A stretch of 64,000 nt of DNA, taken from NCBI GenBank assembly GCA_001643675.2, contig LSRY02000021.1, forward strand, positions 992,001 to 1,056,000. Direction: 5' to 3'. Below the pieces are notes generated by a model. The model searched no databases. It saw only the letters and a program-made list of their open reading frames with translations, and had not been told where the DNA came from. This document shows, in pieces, positions 62,670 through 64,000 of this stretch. This DNA is from Monocercomonoides exilis PA203. Taxonomy: Eukaryota > Protista > Preaxostyla. Made by a program: the position numbers and the translations under genes. Positions within the stretch are counted from its first letter, which is position 1; each line of letters opens with the position of its first letter.

Positions 62670-63275
62670 CATGCTTATCTTTTTCGCAATACAAGATCCA
62701 GAGAAGCGAAGAGTAGAAGGCGACAGAAGATGATCAGCCATCTTCAGTGCATGCGATTGACCATTCGGATGCCTAGGTAGTGGCTGTGTCATACACTTCG
62801 GCAGGAGCGATGGATGACATCGAGAGGTGGCTGTGGATTGTGGTGCCTGAGGTGACTGATGTGTATGCGCAGCACATGCAGCTGTCGCTGCGAGTGCTTC
62901 AGCTGCTGCGGGGATGTGTTGTGACGGGGCGGGGGGTGCTGTGTGGGGGTGTTGTGTGTGCAGATGATGTGGAGCTTTCGGCGATGCTTACGGTTCCGCT
63001 GGTGGCACCGCTTCCGTCGCTTGCAGTGTTAGTTGGCACGAAGTTGGGGAGCAAGCGGATCATTGCAGCCGTAGATGTGAATGCGTTCCCTTCGATCCAC
63101 AACCTGTTTGACGAGCCGATGCAAATATGGCGATGGCAACAGTCGTGAGTGTGGTGGTGAAGATGGACGACGAAGTTCCGGAAAGAATGGTGGCAGTGTG
63201 TGAAGTGGTGTAGATTGTGGAGAAGGGGATGCATGTGGTGGGGCTGAGGATGGAGGATGTGGTTCAGTCTCTGGA
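62670..63275 (+). pseudogene. IQCH-like gene fragment, copy 3 (mirror of copy 2)
   Basis: ORF 62780-63148 is nearly identical to 55874-56242. Confidence 0.6.
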
Positions 63276-64000
63276 TGTGCTCGATGAGCGAGATGAGGAA
63301 GAGGTTATAGTGAATGAAGAAGAATTTAAATAAAAGAGCGTGATATTCGTTGTGGTTTAATCTGATGGTGAGCTGAAGAGAAGTGTTCTGATCCAACAAG
63401 GCAGTCAACGAATGATGTGTGTGCTTAGTGGATAAGCGGTTTGTGACTGTGTTGGACGAACTGAACATGATACTGCCAAGAAGTCATGTATCGTCGTGAG
63501 TCAACGGGTGGAGATACAGCAGAAGCACAACACGGAAGAAGCAGTCATTGCTTGAGCCGTGCGAGATTTTGGTTCAATATGCAACTGGGTGCGGTTAGGA
63601 TGAAGCAGACGATTGTGGAAGGCTTTTTAGATGAGTTTTGTGTGCATATCGAATGTTTCGGGAACAAAGCAGAGGAGCGCAAGTTTGGTTGTGGGATCTT
63701 CAGCAGACTGTCGGAGTTGATGAGTCATGCGACCTTATACGACCTGCTGCATCAACGGATACTGTTTTGAGGAGTGGCAGCGTCTGTTGGGACGTCACAC
63801 GGATGATTCGGAGAAAATGAAGACGATAATGGAGGAGAGAATTGAGGCGATATGGCAGAGCAGAAGAATGCAACGTGAAAGAGATTTTGAGCAATTACAT
63901 GGTGACAATGTGAGTACATTCTTTTGTGAGTGTATTTGATCGCGCGTTTGATGCGGAGACGTTGTTAACGGAGTTGGATGATAAGAGACAGGTTGAGGTG

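Larger units (their letters stand above)
55740..63275. repeat. ~1.4-kb inverted repeat pair (about 55740-57170 and 61855-63275) with patchy identity
   Basis: ORFs 55874-56242 and 62780-63148 mirror each other with one aa difference. gagtaatttataaa at 56628 is mirrored at 62396; ggaacttttcaaaaaaatttagacat near 57145 is mirrored near 61856. Confidence 0.9.

Overview
AT-rich eukaryotic DNA using the standard genetic code, almost entirely repeat-derived. Gene content resembles the oxymonad Monocercomonoides; this is inferred from the Cys/Ser/Gly-rich giant surface/receptor pseudo-kinase family and is not proven. The dominant structure is a 20.4-kb foldback (5450-25897) with two near-identical 7.1-kb inverted arms. 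It is built from nested Merlin (IS1595/IS1016-like) transposon ends at 5450/25897 and 11764/19583, and carries three disrupted Merlin transposase copies plus captured fragments of the Cys-rich receptor family, including a 1072-codon open frame in each arm. A related 4.0-kb non-autonomous element (26744-30739) has 312-bp TIRs, an 8-bp TSD and only host-gene cargo. The rest of the window holds a Sola-like transposase, pogo/DDE_1, Tc1/IS630 and ISL2EU/Harbinger remnants, several hairpin MITEs, further inverted-repeat pairs, IQCH-like pseudogene fragments and microsatellites. I found no intact housekeeping gene, rRNA, tRNA or CRISPR array.
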